Below are positions 26,401 to 38,754 of a DNA stretch of 64,000 bases, piece after piece. Every line of letters begins with the position of its first letter. Positions within the stretch are counted from its first letter, which is position 1. The stretch covers positions 5,022,001 to 5,086,000 of the forward strand of contig NC_092007.1 of assembly GCF_044704955.1 (NCBI RefSeq), written 5' to 3'. The notes under the pieces were generated by a model that saw only the letters and a program-made list of their open reading frames with translations, ran no database searches and was not told where the DNA came from. The position numbers and the translations under genes were made by a program. Source of the stretch: Pristiophorus japonicus (lineage: Eukaryota).

Positions 26401-27736
26401 CAGATGCTGCCAAATTAATCCAATTAACTATGGAGAAGTTCCTCATTGACCGCCAGAGTTGTCTAAGACGTTAACAGAGGGAGGTGTGCAATGCAAACAA
26501 TCTTAACATTACTGGGGAAGATTGCTACTTTATTAAAGCACATCAACACTGTTTAAAAGTGACTGGAACCATTCAAGCCAACGGCATTTCAGGCATCTGT
26601 TTGGAGTGAAAACAAGTGTGGGATTGTAAATTTCACAAACGCAAGGATGTTATGCCAACCCTTTATAAAATATCGGATTGGCCTCAACTGGAGAATTCAG
26701 TCCAATTCTGGGCATCGCACATTAGGAAGGACGTGAAGGCCTGAGAGAGGGTGCAGAAAATATAGACGAGAATAGTCCCAATGACGAGGGACTTCAGTTA
26801 CGTGGAGAGACTGGAGAAGCTGGGGTTGTTCTCCTTAGAGCAGAGACGTTGGAGAGGAGATTTGACAGTGGTGTTCAGAATCAAAAGTAGATAGAGAGAA
26901 ATTGTTCCCATTGGAGGAAGGGTCAAGAACCAGAGGACACAGATTTAAGATGATTGCCAGAAGAACCAATGGCGATATGAGGAAAAAATATTACGCAGCG
27001 AGTGGTTAGGAGCTGGAATGCACTGCCTGGACGGGTGGTGGAGGCAGATTCAATCGTGGCTTTCAAAAGAGAATTGGATATGTACCTGAAGGAGAATAAA
27101 TGCAAGGCTACAGGTAAAGGGCGGGGCAGTGGGATTGGCTGAAATGCTCTTGCAGAGATCCGGCACGGACTAGAAGGGGGCCAATGACCTCCTTTTTTGC
27201 TGTAACGATTTTAGAATTTTATTTTGTTTAAAAAAAAACACAGTAAACAGAACTGAAAATATTAGCGATTAATCTGCGAAATATGCTCATTTTCACAGAA
27301 ATTGCAGGCATATGAACTTTAAAATCATTTAAATTTGCAGCATATTAACTGTAATCTTCATTCTTGAGACACCTTTCATATTTGTGAAAGTTTCAAACTT
27401 CCAGCGATTGCCGCCGGAACCTCGACACTTTGCGCCGATTGGATGGATGCTGTCCATCTGCGAGCAATGTTTCTCTCCTGGTCTTGGCTCTGTAACAGAA
27501 AGCAGTGCGTTAGAAAAGGGTGTGAGGCCACTTTCTGTCCCAGAATAACCCTCTTTCTCGCTGCTCAGATCATTTTCAATCTTTCCCTACTCAATGATGG
27601 AAACATTCTGAGCGTTGCAACATGCAGGACCTATGAAAAGACGAACACGAAAATAACAGATGCCCCATCGAGCCTATCCCAAACAGTCAGGACGCAACAA
27701 TGCCTCAGGATTGTTACTTTCCCTCTCGGCACCATG

Positions 27737-30700
27737 TCAGCTCTGACTGGTGAGAAATAACGTAATAAAAAAGTACTGGGTCAATTCAGCAATAAATACA
27801 TGTGCAAATGTCTTCTCCTACCTCTATGACGAACAAAACGAGTTTCAATTGATAACAATGTCGATGAGGTACATCACCTAACAGAGCAACTAAGATTTGC
27901 CCGCAATGATATTAGCCCCAGGAGCGGATTCTACCCGTTCCAGTCCAGCAATTTTTGCTCATATGCTGAAATTCTGACGACACGTTATTTTGAAATCTCT
28001 CTTTATTACCCCACGAGTTGAAGTAATTATTCCCATACCCGTGTGAGTCTATTTCTTTCATCACCAAGACAATGATGGCAATCAGAATGAGAACGGCAGC
28101 AGCGGTTCTGATTGACATGGCGATTTTCCAAAATGATCCTGAAAATATTCAACAACAAAAAACACGCTCTTCATTATTGCTCTGATTAACCCAGGTTTCT
28201 CGATAGCATTTAACAACATGTATGGGACTATTAAGATAGAAATCAACTCACATTTATTTAGTGCTTTTCCCAACCTCGCATCCCATTTTACAGCCAATGA
28301 AGTACGATGGAAGTTTATTCACTGTTGCACTGTAGGTAACGTGGCAGCTGTATTGCGCATAGCATGCTCCCACAAACAGCGATGAGATAAATAAGCAGAT
28401 AATCTCTTTCAGTATTACTGGTTGAGGGATAAATAATTGCCAAGGCATCGGAGAAGGATCCGCCTGCTCGTCTTCAATCGATTCAGTATTACAGCATCCC
28501 TTAGAAAATGCAGCTATCCACATCGCATACTCCAATCTGCTCCTCCGTTATCCGATATCTTAATTCAGTCCATAAGTTGCGTTTAAAGTTATTCTGCGCC
28601 AATTGTAAGTATTTTGACACGTGATAGTTTGCTCAGAATATCAATAAAACTGACATTCGGCTGAAAAAACTGCGTGAAAATAAATTGAACTGAGCATTTG
28701 TAAATTGAATGATGGACTGTGCCCCACTAATGTTACAGTGAGCGCAAATATGGTTTCATAGAGTGTGTCACTAATTCAGAAAGTTCTGTTTTATAAACGA
28801 TGACACATTCCTTCTAGTGTTTTATATTACACTTTCTATCTTCGTTAAAAAAGGCGACAATAATCTAATTCAGAAGACCAGAATATAAACTTGACGGGGG
28901 TTAATCTCATCTGAAATTCGCGAGCAGCATGAACCAGAGCCAAACACTACTAAAATTAAGAATGGTATACGACCCTAAATTGCAAATAATCAGAGAAAAA
29001 TAAAACATTACAGCATAGGAGGAGGACAGTCGGCCCATCATGTTCCTGTCGGTCAATTAAGCATTATCCAGCTAATTCCATTGTCAAGCTCATCGTCATA
29101 TCCAACTAAATGCTATGGGAGAGTGTGCCTCTAAAGTCTTTCGGGCGGTGATTTGCAGACCACGACCATCCTTTGGTGAAAGCATATCATCTCAAATCCC
29201 CTCTAATCCTTCTACAAATTACTTTAAATAAGTATGGTATTACGGACTCAGTGGAATTATTGCCGTCTCAGGGATACTCTGAAATAACTGCAAGCCTTGC
29301 GTAGTTAAGCTGTATGGCCAAGTTAAATCTGAGCATCTATCAAGTGATTGAGAGACTGCAGCCAGCTACCATTAAAATGAAAGGAAACTAGACGTCATAA
29401 AGTCTCCAATTAATTCAGAAGGTCTCGCTTGTTTAACGATCATACGCTACCTTTACTGTTTAATGTTAACCCCTGCCTCTCTTCACAAGCACAGTGCGAC
29501 CATAACTTAATTCAGAAAATCAGTGATTAAATTTTACATTTTTCCAACAAATTTAAGATAGCAGCCAGTCACGAACCAGACAATTACTCTACTGAAATTA
29601 GCAATGGATTCAGTCCTCAATCATAGATCAGTAAGTTAATACAAGCTCAAAGGAACTGATATGTGCTGACACTAGCTCTGTTCACTTAGTATCGATCCAA
29701 CGATGGAATAAACCAGCTACTTTCATCAAATTGCAGCAAATCTCAACACTCACCTGCTGAAGAGATCTGATATTTGCCGACACTAACACCGTGTTCGTTC
29801 CCTGCAACGCAGGAGATGTGGTGTCCTGTACCAGTTGGGTGGGTCAGTGTCAGAGAGCTCTGCACCAGGGAATTATTGACCGCCCTGGCGGTGACTCCGA
29901 GACCTGGCATGTTTCCAGTGGTGTTTCTCCCATTGACGCTCCAAGTGATGTTTGCAGGGGGGGGTGGCTCTGACACTGCACGTACGATGAAACCCACTCT
30001 CAAATCTGGTGAAGATCGGGCCGCATACTATGGTGGGCTTAACTGAAAAAATAGAGGGATCCACTTAAGTTCCTTTTAATCGTGCAGTTGCTTGTTTAAC
30101 TAGAACCAATTGGTGCTATTTTCGATCCACATGAGTTAATGAAAGGTCCGTCATTAAAAACAACAGTAACTTGATGTTATATAGTGCCGCAAACGTAATT
30201 AAAACTTTCAAGGATTTTCAGAGGTTACATAAGATTACCTCGGATATACAGCACAGAAACAAGCCATTCGGTGCAACCACTACATGCCCGTGTTTATGCT
30301 CCACTGGAGCCGCTTCCCCATCTTTCTCCATCTAAATCTATCAACATATATCCTTTTCCCTCATATGCTTGTACAGCTTCCCCTTAAATGCATTGATATT
30401 TTCACATCAACCACATCCTGTTGTGGCGAGTTACGATATCCCATCACACTTTGGATCAAGAAGTTTCTTTTGAATGACCCATTGGAGATTGTGGTAACTA
30501 TTTTATACTGATGGCCTCTAGTCCACAAGTGCAAACACTCTTTTTGTTTCTAATTTATCAAAACCTTTCGTCACTAATTAGGTCACACTTCAGCCTTTTT
30601 TTCAAGCAAAAAGAGATCCCGAAAACTGTTACCAAAGAACATTTGAGACGGATCATTAATATGCTTTTATACATTTAATAGGTTGGCATAGCACTTACAT

Positions 30701-33110
30701 TGTATACAAATCTGCTTGGATCTGTTTGCGGTGACCAGGTTATTTTCAGCCATACAATAATACTCTCCGTCATCCTCAGAACTAATGCTGTGAAATATCG
30801 TCTTCAGTTCACCAGTGGAAGATCTGCTGATCTCAGTGCCACCTCGGACCAGTGTTAAACTGACCAGCGGGTCACCCAGGGCCCTGCAGTACATTAATAA
30901 TGAACTGCCCTCCACTGTTACTATAGAGGAATTGAAGCTTGGTTTCCCCAGTGCATCTGAAACACAAGAGAGAATTGCCTTTATTGGGGAATTTCGGAGC
31001 CCCAGTGCAAAGGCAACTTGGCGATCGAAGAATAATATGAAGCAGATATGCTGGCTATATTGCCAAATATAAATTGAAAAGCCAGATCGTGATCGTCGAT
31101 GCGAGGACGCTTAAGATTATTTCAAATGTAAACACGTTTTAAATCAACGTCTTTACCTCTTCTCTTCAAAAAGTTGTAGTGACTACCTGAAATTAATCCT
31201 ATTCCACCGATACATCAATCAAGGGTCCATTCCTCCCAGAGCAAGAAGAATAGGCTTTCCCATTATATAAGCAAAGCTGTTGAGGACAATTGTAGGATGC
31301 CGACCACAGCCCCAGCTAACTCGTAATATTTCATTCACTCTCTGGCTGCAACGGTATCAGTAATTAGGAGCCTTTTTGACATAAATATCAAGGATTTATT
31401 CATTGTTGGCCTATTTCTGATCGTTCAGTCACCGCTCTGCAGCACACAAGTGTTTCAACTCAATTTGCAGTCAGAAAAAACATAGAAAACGCAGTCGCAG
31501 TTTGGGTTTCTTGCTTGTACCTGGGATAGAATCTAGGATATTCTTAGTCCAATGGCTCACTCTCACGTGGCACAGTTGATTTACTCTTTGCTGCGTTTAA
31601 CTTTTGCTTATAATTCATTTTTTCTCATTTAGTCTCGTGATAGGAATGCCACAAATAATCTTCAGGGAGAGGGGCAAGCTTAGCTAACCTGGTTTGTTAC
31701 CATTAAAAGCAGCGCGACAGTGCACAGCTGTCAGAAGAAAGCAAGACCAGATTATGGGTTCAAGCCCCATTTCAGATTCTTAAGCACAACCTGTCGCCTA
31801 ACTCTCCACTGCAATAGTGATGCAATGTCACAATGCCGGAGATTCCATTTTACAGATGAGACATTAAACTGATGTCCTGTCTTTCCTCTCAACTTCCCGT
31901 GGCATTATTTTGAAAGACCCTTTGTCCTTGTTAAATTTGATTGATCGACGCACTACCTGCAAGGCTGGTGGATGTTTTAAAAGACAATTACAGATGTCCT
32001 TGAAGCAGACTAATTTGCAGGTTTATGGAGACAATGCGACAGAGTGCGTCTCAATTGGCTAGCTCCTTCAGGCGTGGTGGGCCGAATGGCCCCTTAATAT
32101 ACTGTAAGATTATATGGTTCTATGATTGTATTGTATAACACACACCTGGATATTATTCAATGTACCAGCACTGCAGAGATGGCCTGTGACGTAGGCCAAT
32201 GGTAACACAAAATATTTCCATTTTAGGCTAAGATTGAGTGGCATTTGCGAGGGTGAACATGAACTACAAAAAGGACCAATTAAAATTAACTTACATAAAA
32301 TAGAAAGGTTAATAGGAGCTTCGTAACCGCATCATTGTCTCTTATCCTGGGCGTTCCTGAGCTTCAATATAAAATAATATTCTCCTTCATCGCTCTCGCT
32401 GATGTCCTTTAACCGTAAGGAGCATTGCTTCTTCACAAAGTCGCCAGTCAACTCTGCTCGCCCTTGATAATCACGGTGTATATTGTCTGTACCTCTTGAA
32501 TCATAGATAACCTAGATAACCGAGACCCCTGGATTATCAGGAACAGGACCCCCTTTTATCCACATCCCCTGTGGACTGTGGCCATAGGTGGAATAGTTAA
32601 ATGTTCACGGAATCTCTGCACATGAACCGTTCACCGCTCACACTCTCCACATTATCTTCACAGACCATCCTGAAGTATGTACAACTGTTGAAGAAATAGA
32701 ATTTAAATACGCATTGAAATCCCCAATAATATAGCAATTAATACTTACTCTGACCGACAGGTTAAATACCTTAACTTTTAAACACCCACTAAAATATATT
32801 CATTAGTACCTCAAAGAAAAGGCGTGACATTTTAATTAAAACTCTTCAAATTCCATTAACTATTCCATTGAAAGCCGATAAATCAGAGAGTAAATATTAA
32901 ATCAATTTTATAAAAAAAACGTTGAAAATTGTGAATAAAATAAACATTAAAGGTGCAATTCACAAATTATTAACTAAACATGTACAATCTCTACAAATAA
33001 TAAATTTGTAAATTTGACACGAAATGGAAATCGCTCCTGACATCAATGATTAAACTGAATAGTTTATCTTCGCCAAATACCAGAATGCAGATAACGGTAC
33101 TGCTCTTCAT
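27737..33110 (-). pseudogene. Siglec-like pseudogene, copy C (chimeric, diverged 5' part)
   Basis: Exon 1 (33068-33110) has its donor changed GT>AT. V exon (32295-32684) has in-frame stops at 32638-40, 32605-07, 32512-14 and 32332-34. Exon 3 is deleted. Exon 4 (30699-30956) is intact. Exon 5 (29754-30042) has a +1 frameshift in the G run 29957-29964 and has lost cysteines. TM exon (28039-28138) is intact. Confidence 0.9.
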
Positions 33111-34744
33111 GACTGGAGGCGCTTCACGATGTCAAAATGACAGAAAATGATTTAATCTCAGATATAAATAAACACGTTTCTAGATTCCATTCCCCAGTAA
33201 TATCCTGGAGTTCATAGATAATCAAATCAGAGTATCAGGAGGTTAGTTGAATGCCACCCACCAATCATTGGGAAACGTGGCAGCTCAAACAGCTATCGCT
33301 ACCCCTCTGATTTTGCTGGTCTAAACTCCTGAAATTCTGCGTCATTACGAACGTGACAGTATCCATCAGTGATTGTTCCGCAGTTACAGGCTGTGATGAG
33401 GCATCGCCAACTGCTAATTAGCCCTGACCAGAGATACACCCACTCCGCTCTTCATCGGCACAGCAACAGGGCAGGGGATGGCATTCTAATTTGGAATACA
33501 CAATAAACAGTTGGTCACTGAGAAGTATCGAGGAACAGAGGGGCCCTGGAGTGCCTGTCCACAGATCCCTGAAGGTAGCAGGACAGGTAGATAAGGTGGT
33601 TAAGAAGGCATACGGACTACTTGCCTTTATTAGAATACAAGTGCAGGGGGTTTATGCTTGAACTGTATAAAACACTAATTAGGCCACAGTTAGAGTACGG
33701 CCAGAAGTTCACGTCATCACATTACAGGAAAGATGTGATTACACCTGGGAGGGTAGAGAGGATAATTACGAGGATGTTGCCTGGAATGGAGAATTTTATC
33801 TATGAGGAACGATACAATAGGCTGGGGTAGTTTTCTTTGAAACAGAGGAGTAAGAGGGCAGACTTAATTGAGGTGCATAGAATTATGAGGGGCCTGGATA
33901 AATTCGATAAGAATGACCTATTTCCCTTAGCAGAGGGGTCAATATCCATGGGGCATAGATTTAAAGTAGGAGGTTTAGAGGGGATTTGAGGATAATTATT
34001 TTCAGCCAGAGTGTGGTGGGGGTTTGGAACTCACTGCCTGAAAGGTTGGTAGAGGCAGAAACCCTCAGCATCTAAAAAGTAATTGTATGTGCACTTGATG
34101 TGCTGTAATGTACAGGGCTACGGATCAAGGGCTGGAAAGTGGGATTAGGTTGCTGTCGCTGAAATAAACTGAATAATGTCCAGGTTGCTACAATGAAAAT
34201 TTACTGAAGTTTCTGATTGCAGTACTGGAACTGTGAGGTGTGATTGAGCGTTTAGATTCGAGGGGCTATGCTGCTGGAAACAACGTGTGATATTTGATCG
34301 AATGGAATTAATTCCCTGACATTGATCGGTGTGAGCAAATCATGGATACAAACAGCAAACTCATTGAAACACAATCCAGCTTCAAACTGGGCGCGTTTGC
34401 AATCAGATTAAGAAGCAGAATCAGTTGAGGCTTGCTGGAAGAGAAGAGACCCGTGATACTGCTACCATGAAGGGGTTTGTGATCAATCGCGACCTTACCT
34501 TAAAGATCTCAGTAATGTACCTGGGATGAGCCTCGTACAGTTTGCACAACACACGTTTTTCAATTTTCACTATTCGATGTAGGAAATTCGTTGCATTTTC
34601 TAGAGGGAATTGCTTATCTTTCTGGCGCTCTTGCATTACAATATTTTGCAACTTTTATTCTCAAGACAAGAAATCTATTTAATTCTCAGTGCTTTTTTTC
34701 CGATACCCACAAGGTAAAGGGCACGGCAGCAGCGCGAGATAAAG

Positions 34745-35980
34745 AAGCTAATAATTAGGAGCAGGAGTCGGACATTCGGCCCCTCGAGCCTGTCCCACTA
34801 TCCAATAATATCACGGCTGATCAACGACCTCAACTCCACTTTCCCAACCGATCTTCATGTCCCTTGATTCACCTAGACTACAGAAATCCATCTAAGCCTT
34901 GGATATATTTAGAGACTCAGCATCCACAGCCCTTTGGGGCAGAGAATTCCAAAGATTCACCCCCTTTGAGTGAAGAAATTCCTCCTCATCTCTGTCCTAA
35001 ATGGCCGACCCCTTATTCTGACGCTGTGACCCATTGTTCTCGATTTCACAGCCAGAGGAAACATCCTCACTGCATCTACCCTGTCAAGCCCTGTAATAAC
35101 TTTGAATGTTTCAATGAGATCACCTCTCATTCTTCTAAACTCTAGAGAATACAGGCTTAGTCCACACAATCTCCATACAGCTCGATTGCCCTAGACACCC
35201 AAAGGCAATCTATCTCAGCCTTGAATATATTCAGCGATTCAGCATCCACAGCCCTCTGGGGCAGAGAATTCCAAAGATTCACAAGCATCTGAGTGAAGAA
35301 TTTCCTCCTCAGCTTAGCGTTTAATAGCAGACCCATCATCCTGAGGTTTTGCCCTAGTTTTATCCACTCCAGCAGGGGAAACAATCTCTCAGTATCTACG
35401 CTGTCAAGCCCCTTCAGAATCGTGTATATTTCAATGGGGTCCCCTTTCATTCCGCTAAACTCCAGAGAGTATAGGCACAATCTACTCAATCCATCCGTGT
35501 CGGTTAAACCTCTCATCCCAGAAATCAATCTAGGACTGAATAGTTTTAGCGGCGAAGACAGATTAGATACGCTGGTATTGTATTCTTTGGAATAGAGGAG
35601 GCTGAGGGGAGATTTAATTGCGGTAAACAAAATTATGAGAGATCTAAATAGAGTGGGTTGGAAGGAATTGTTACCATTAGCAGATATGTCAACATCAATG
35701 GGCATAGATTTAAAATAATTGGTAGAAGGATTAGAGGGGATCACTTCTCATTCTACTCAACTCCAGAGGGTATAGGCCCAATCCATTCAATCAATCCACA
35801 CAGAACACCCTATAATCCCAGGAATCAATTCAGTTAACCTTTGTTGCACTGCCTATATGCATGTATGTCCTTTATCAGGTAAGGAGATGAAAACTGTGCA
35901 CAGTACTCAGGATGTGGTCTCACTAATGGCCTGTACAGTTGTAGTAAGACTTGCTTACTCTTGTATTCCAACCCATTGAA
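34745..35980. mobile_element. Patchwork of CR1 3' fragments, mainly minus strand with one plus-strand piece (~35545-35745)
   Basis: LYSLEFRRMRGDLIETFK...NFFTQR motifs repeated on both strands. Confidence 0.8.
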
Positions 35981-38754
35981 TATTCTTTACACCCAATGCC
36001 TTGTAGAACACCAGGAATTGTTGAAAAGTCATTAGGAGCTCAGGGGCTGTCGGTGGGGTGAAGATATAAATGATAATGTTGGGTTAATAGTTCATCAGAA
36101 TGGAAAACAAATGATAGTGCGGCTCTCTGATTGTGACTATAAGATGGTCGTATAGGATGCCTATGGCCTAAATTGAATATGCAATCCGTTGCAATGCCAA
36201 TTTCTCTGAACTGTCTCTGGGTTCATGAATACAGGAAAGGGAGCAGTACCTTCCCGGGAGTGGTATATACACTCAGGAGTGTTTATCTCACTCCCTCAAT
36301 GGTATTAAACAAAAGGATTAGAATCAGTGAGTGTGAATTGTGACGGGCAAGTTTCAGGTCCCACGGGACCAATAGTCATTCCTGTTTTAATTGTTCTTCT
36401 TAAAATAAGTGCTAACACTTACTGTGGAGCACATGGAACGGTTGCTGTATTTGTGGGGTGTGAGGATATGGCAGTGTATCAGCAGACTAATGATTACATT
36501 CATACACAATTCTGGTCTCCATGTTATAAGAAGGACATAGATGCACTGGAGAAGGTACAAATCAGATCTCCTAAAAGTATACCAGAAATGTGAGGTTATG
36601 AACAGCAGGCAAGACTATATGGTCTGGCGAGCTTTTCGCTAGCAATGACAAGGCGGAGAGCTGACCTAATACAGGCCTTTAAAATGATAAAGGGGTTTTG
36701 TAGGATAGATGAAGCGGAGATGTTTCCACTTATATGGAGATCAAAACTAGAGTACATCAAAATGAGATTGTCAGTCGGAAACACAAGAAAGAATTCAGGA
36801 GAAACTTCTTTACCCAGAGAGTGGTGAGAATGTGGAATGTGCTACCACAGGGAGGGATTGAGGCGGCTAGTATAGATGTGTTTAAGAGGCATCAACATGA
36901 TGGAGAAAGGAAAATGCTGATAGGTTAAAATAAACTTGGGAGGAGAAAGCTCGTGTGTAGCATAAACGCTGCCTTGGATAATTTGGGCTCAATGGTATGT
37001 TTCTGTGCAACATATTAATGTAATTAACCCTGAGTTAATAACATCAAACTTGCTAACTCTCTGAATATATTCAAGGCCGAGATAGATAGATTTTTGTGGT
37101 CAGGGGAATCAAGGGATATGATGACCGGTTGGTAAATTGGAGTTGAGGTAGATGACCACCCATGATCTTATTGAATGTTGGAGCAGGCTCAAGGGGCCAT
37201 AGGGCCTACTCCTGCTCCTATTTCTTAAGTTCCTTTGTTCTTATGTTTTTATTTAGTAATGTGTGTTCAGTTTGAGCTATAAGTTTGTTTTGTATTTATT
37301 TTTTATTGTGTTTCTTTCTTGACTGGTGTATGGAATGTGTGTTTAAACCAGGCCCCAGATTGGTTTGACTCTCTAGATTAGGGAGCTGTGATCAAATTCA
37401 GGACCCAACTTATCTAAAAATAGCAGACGCCACACATCTACTGAGTCCCCGCGTGGAGGCTGCTGCAATGAACTTTGCTCAAGAATCCTCTACACAAGGT
37501 CCAGTTACCTTTGAGTCTGACAGTACAAGTGATGTGTGATCAGCTTCAGGCACAGTTTGTGCTCAGTGTCTCCTTCAGTGTGGCTGCCCCGAGGTGGGTT
37601 TATTTTCACCGTGTGCCAGTGTAGCAGCAGAGCCAGGTGTGAAGTACCGGCTCCTATGTAGCATCTGTATTGCTGTGGTTACTGCAGCTCACAACACCCT
37701 GCTATCTCTGACGTACTTGTGGGTTGATCATTCTGTACCAGTGAGACAAAATAAATTATCTGTGGTCAGGCAACATCCCTTTATACCATGTGCTGCATCT
37801 TGAAAGGGCATGTTCTGTTTCCAGCTCTGTGTTTAACCCTTAATGCAAAGCGAGATCAGATTTGACAGTGTGCTTGTGTGATTTATAGGAAACACGGGAT
37901 GGGAGATACAAGGAGGATGTCGTTGCCCCATATCAGGGCAGTAGGTGCATGGGAACTCCAGACTCCCCCAGTTCCCCTCCAAGTCACACGCCAACCTGAA
38001 TTGAACATATATCACCCTCCCTTAACAGCGATGGGTCAAAATCCTAAAATCGTGGAACTCGCTCCCGAGCAGCAATGTGGGAGCTCCTTCACCTCACCCA
38101 CTTTAGCGGTTCAAGAAGGCAGCTCACCACCACATTCTCAAGAGACGATTAGCGATGGGCAAAAATGAGACCCTATGAATCCCTCAACCCAGGAACGAAT
38201 AAAAAATATGCCGCTGTATTTTTCCACGGACCCCTCCCACCTACAATATTCCAACTATGCTCATATTCTGAAAGTCCTGTTTATTAGTAAACTAAGGTCC
38301 CTCCAGTCCCTCAAAAAACTGCACATTTTTAATTTGCAAGCCACAAAAAGAGTTTTTGCGGGATTTTAGACAGGAATGGGAGCCCTGACTGATCGTTAAG
38401 TTCCTGGCACAGGTTGGCTTGGATGGGGACATGCTAAGTGCTGAATTGGCCCTTGGATTTTAAGAGAATCTACAGCGGCATTTTGTATCGCTGTGTGTTG
38501 CCATTTCCCTGACTGCTGGTGCAGCCTGAGCTGATGTCGATTGCACGTGCTCAGTGCGATAGTGACAGGGTTCTCAACGCAACAGCGCCACACAGTGGCA
38601 GTCCGACGGCATTACACGTGTCATTTGTCACTATCATCAGACAGCTCTGGACCCAACTGAGGCATAGAAACATAGAAAATAGGTGCAGGAGTAGGCCATT
38701 CGGCCCTTCTAGCCTGCACCGCCATTCAATGTGTTCATGGCTGAACATGCAACT

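Larger units (their letters stand above)
1..28860. repeat. Tandem segmental duplication, ~13.55-kb unit, ~2.1 near-identical copies in window
   Basis: The position-1 sequence taaatgcaaggctacagg recurs at 13559 and 27097; the ORF track repeats with offsets of 13519-13559; few substitutions and small indels. Confidence 0.97.
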
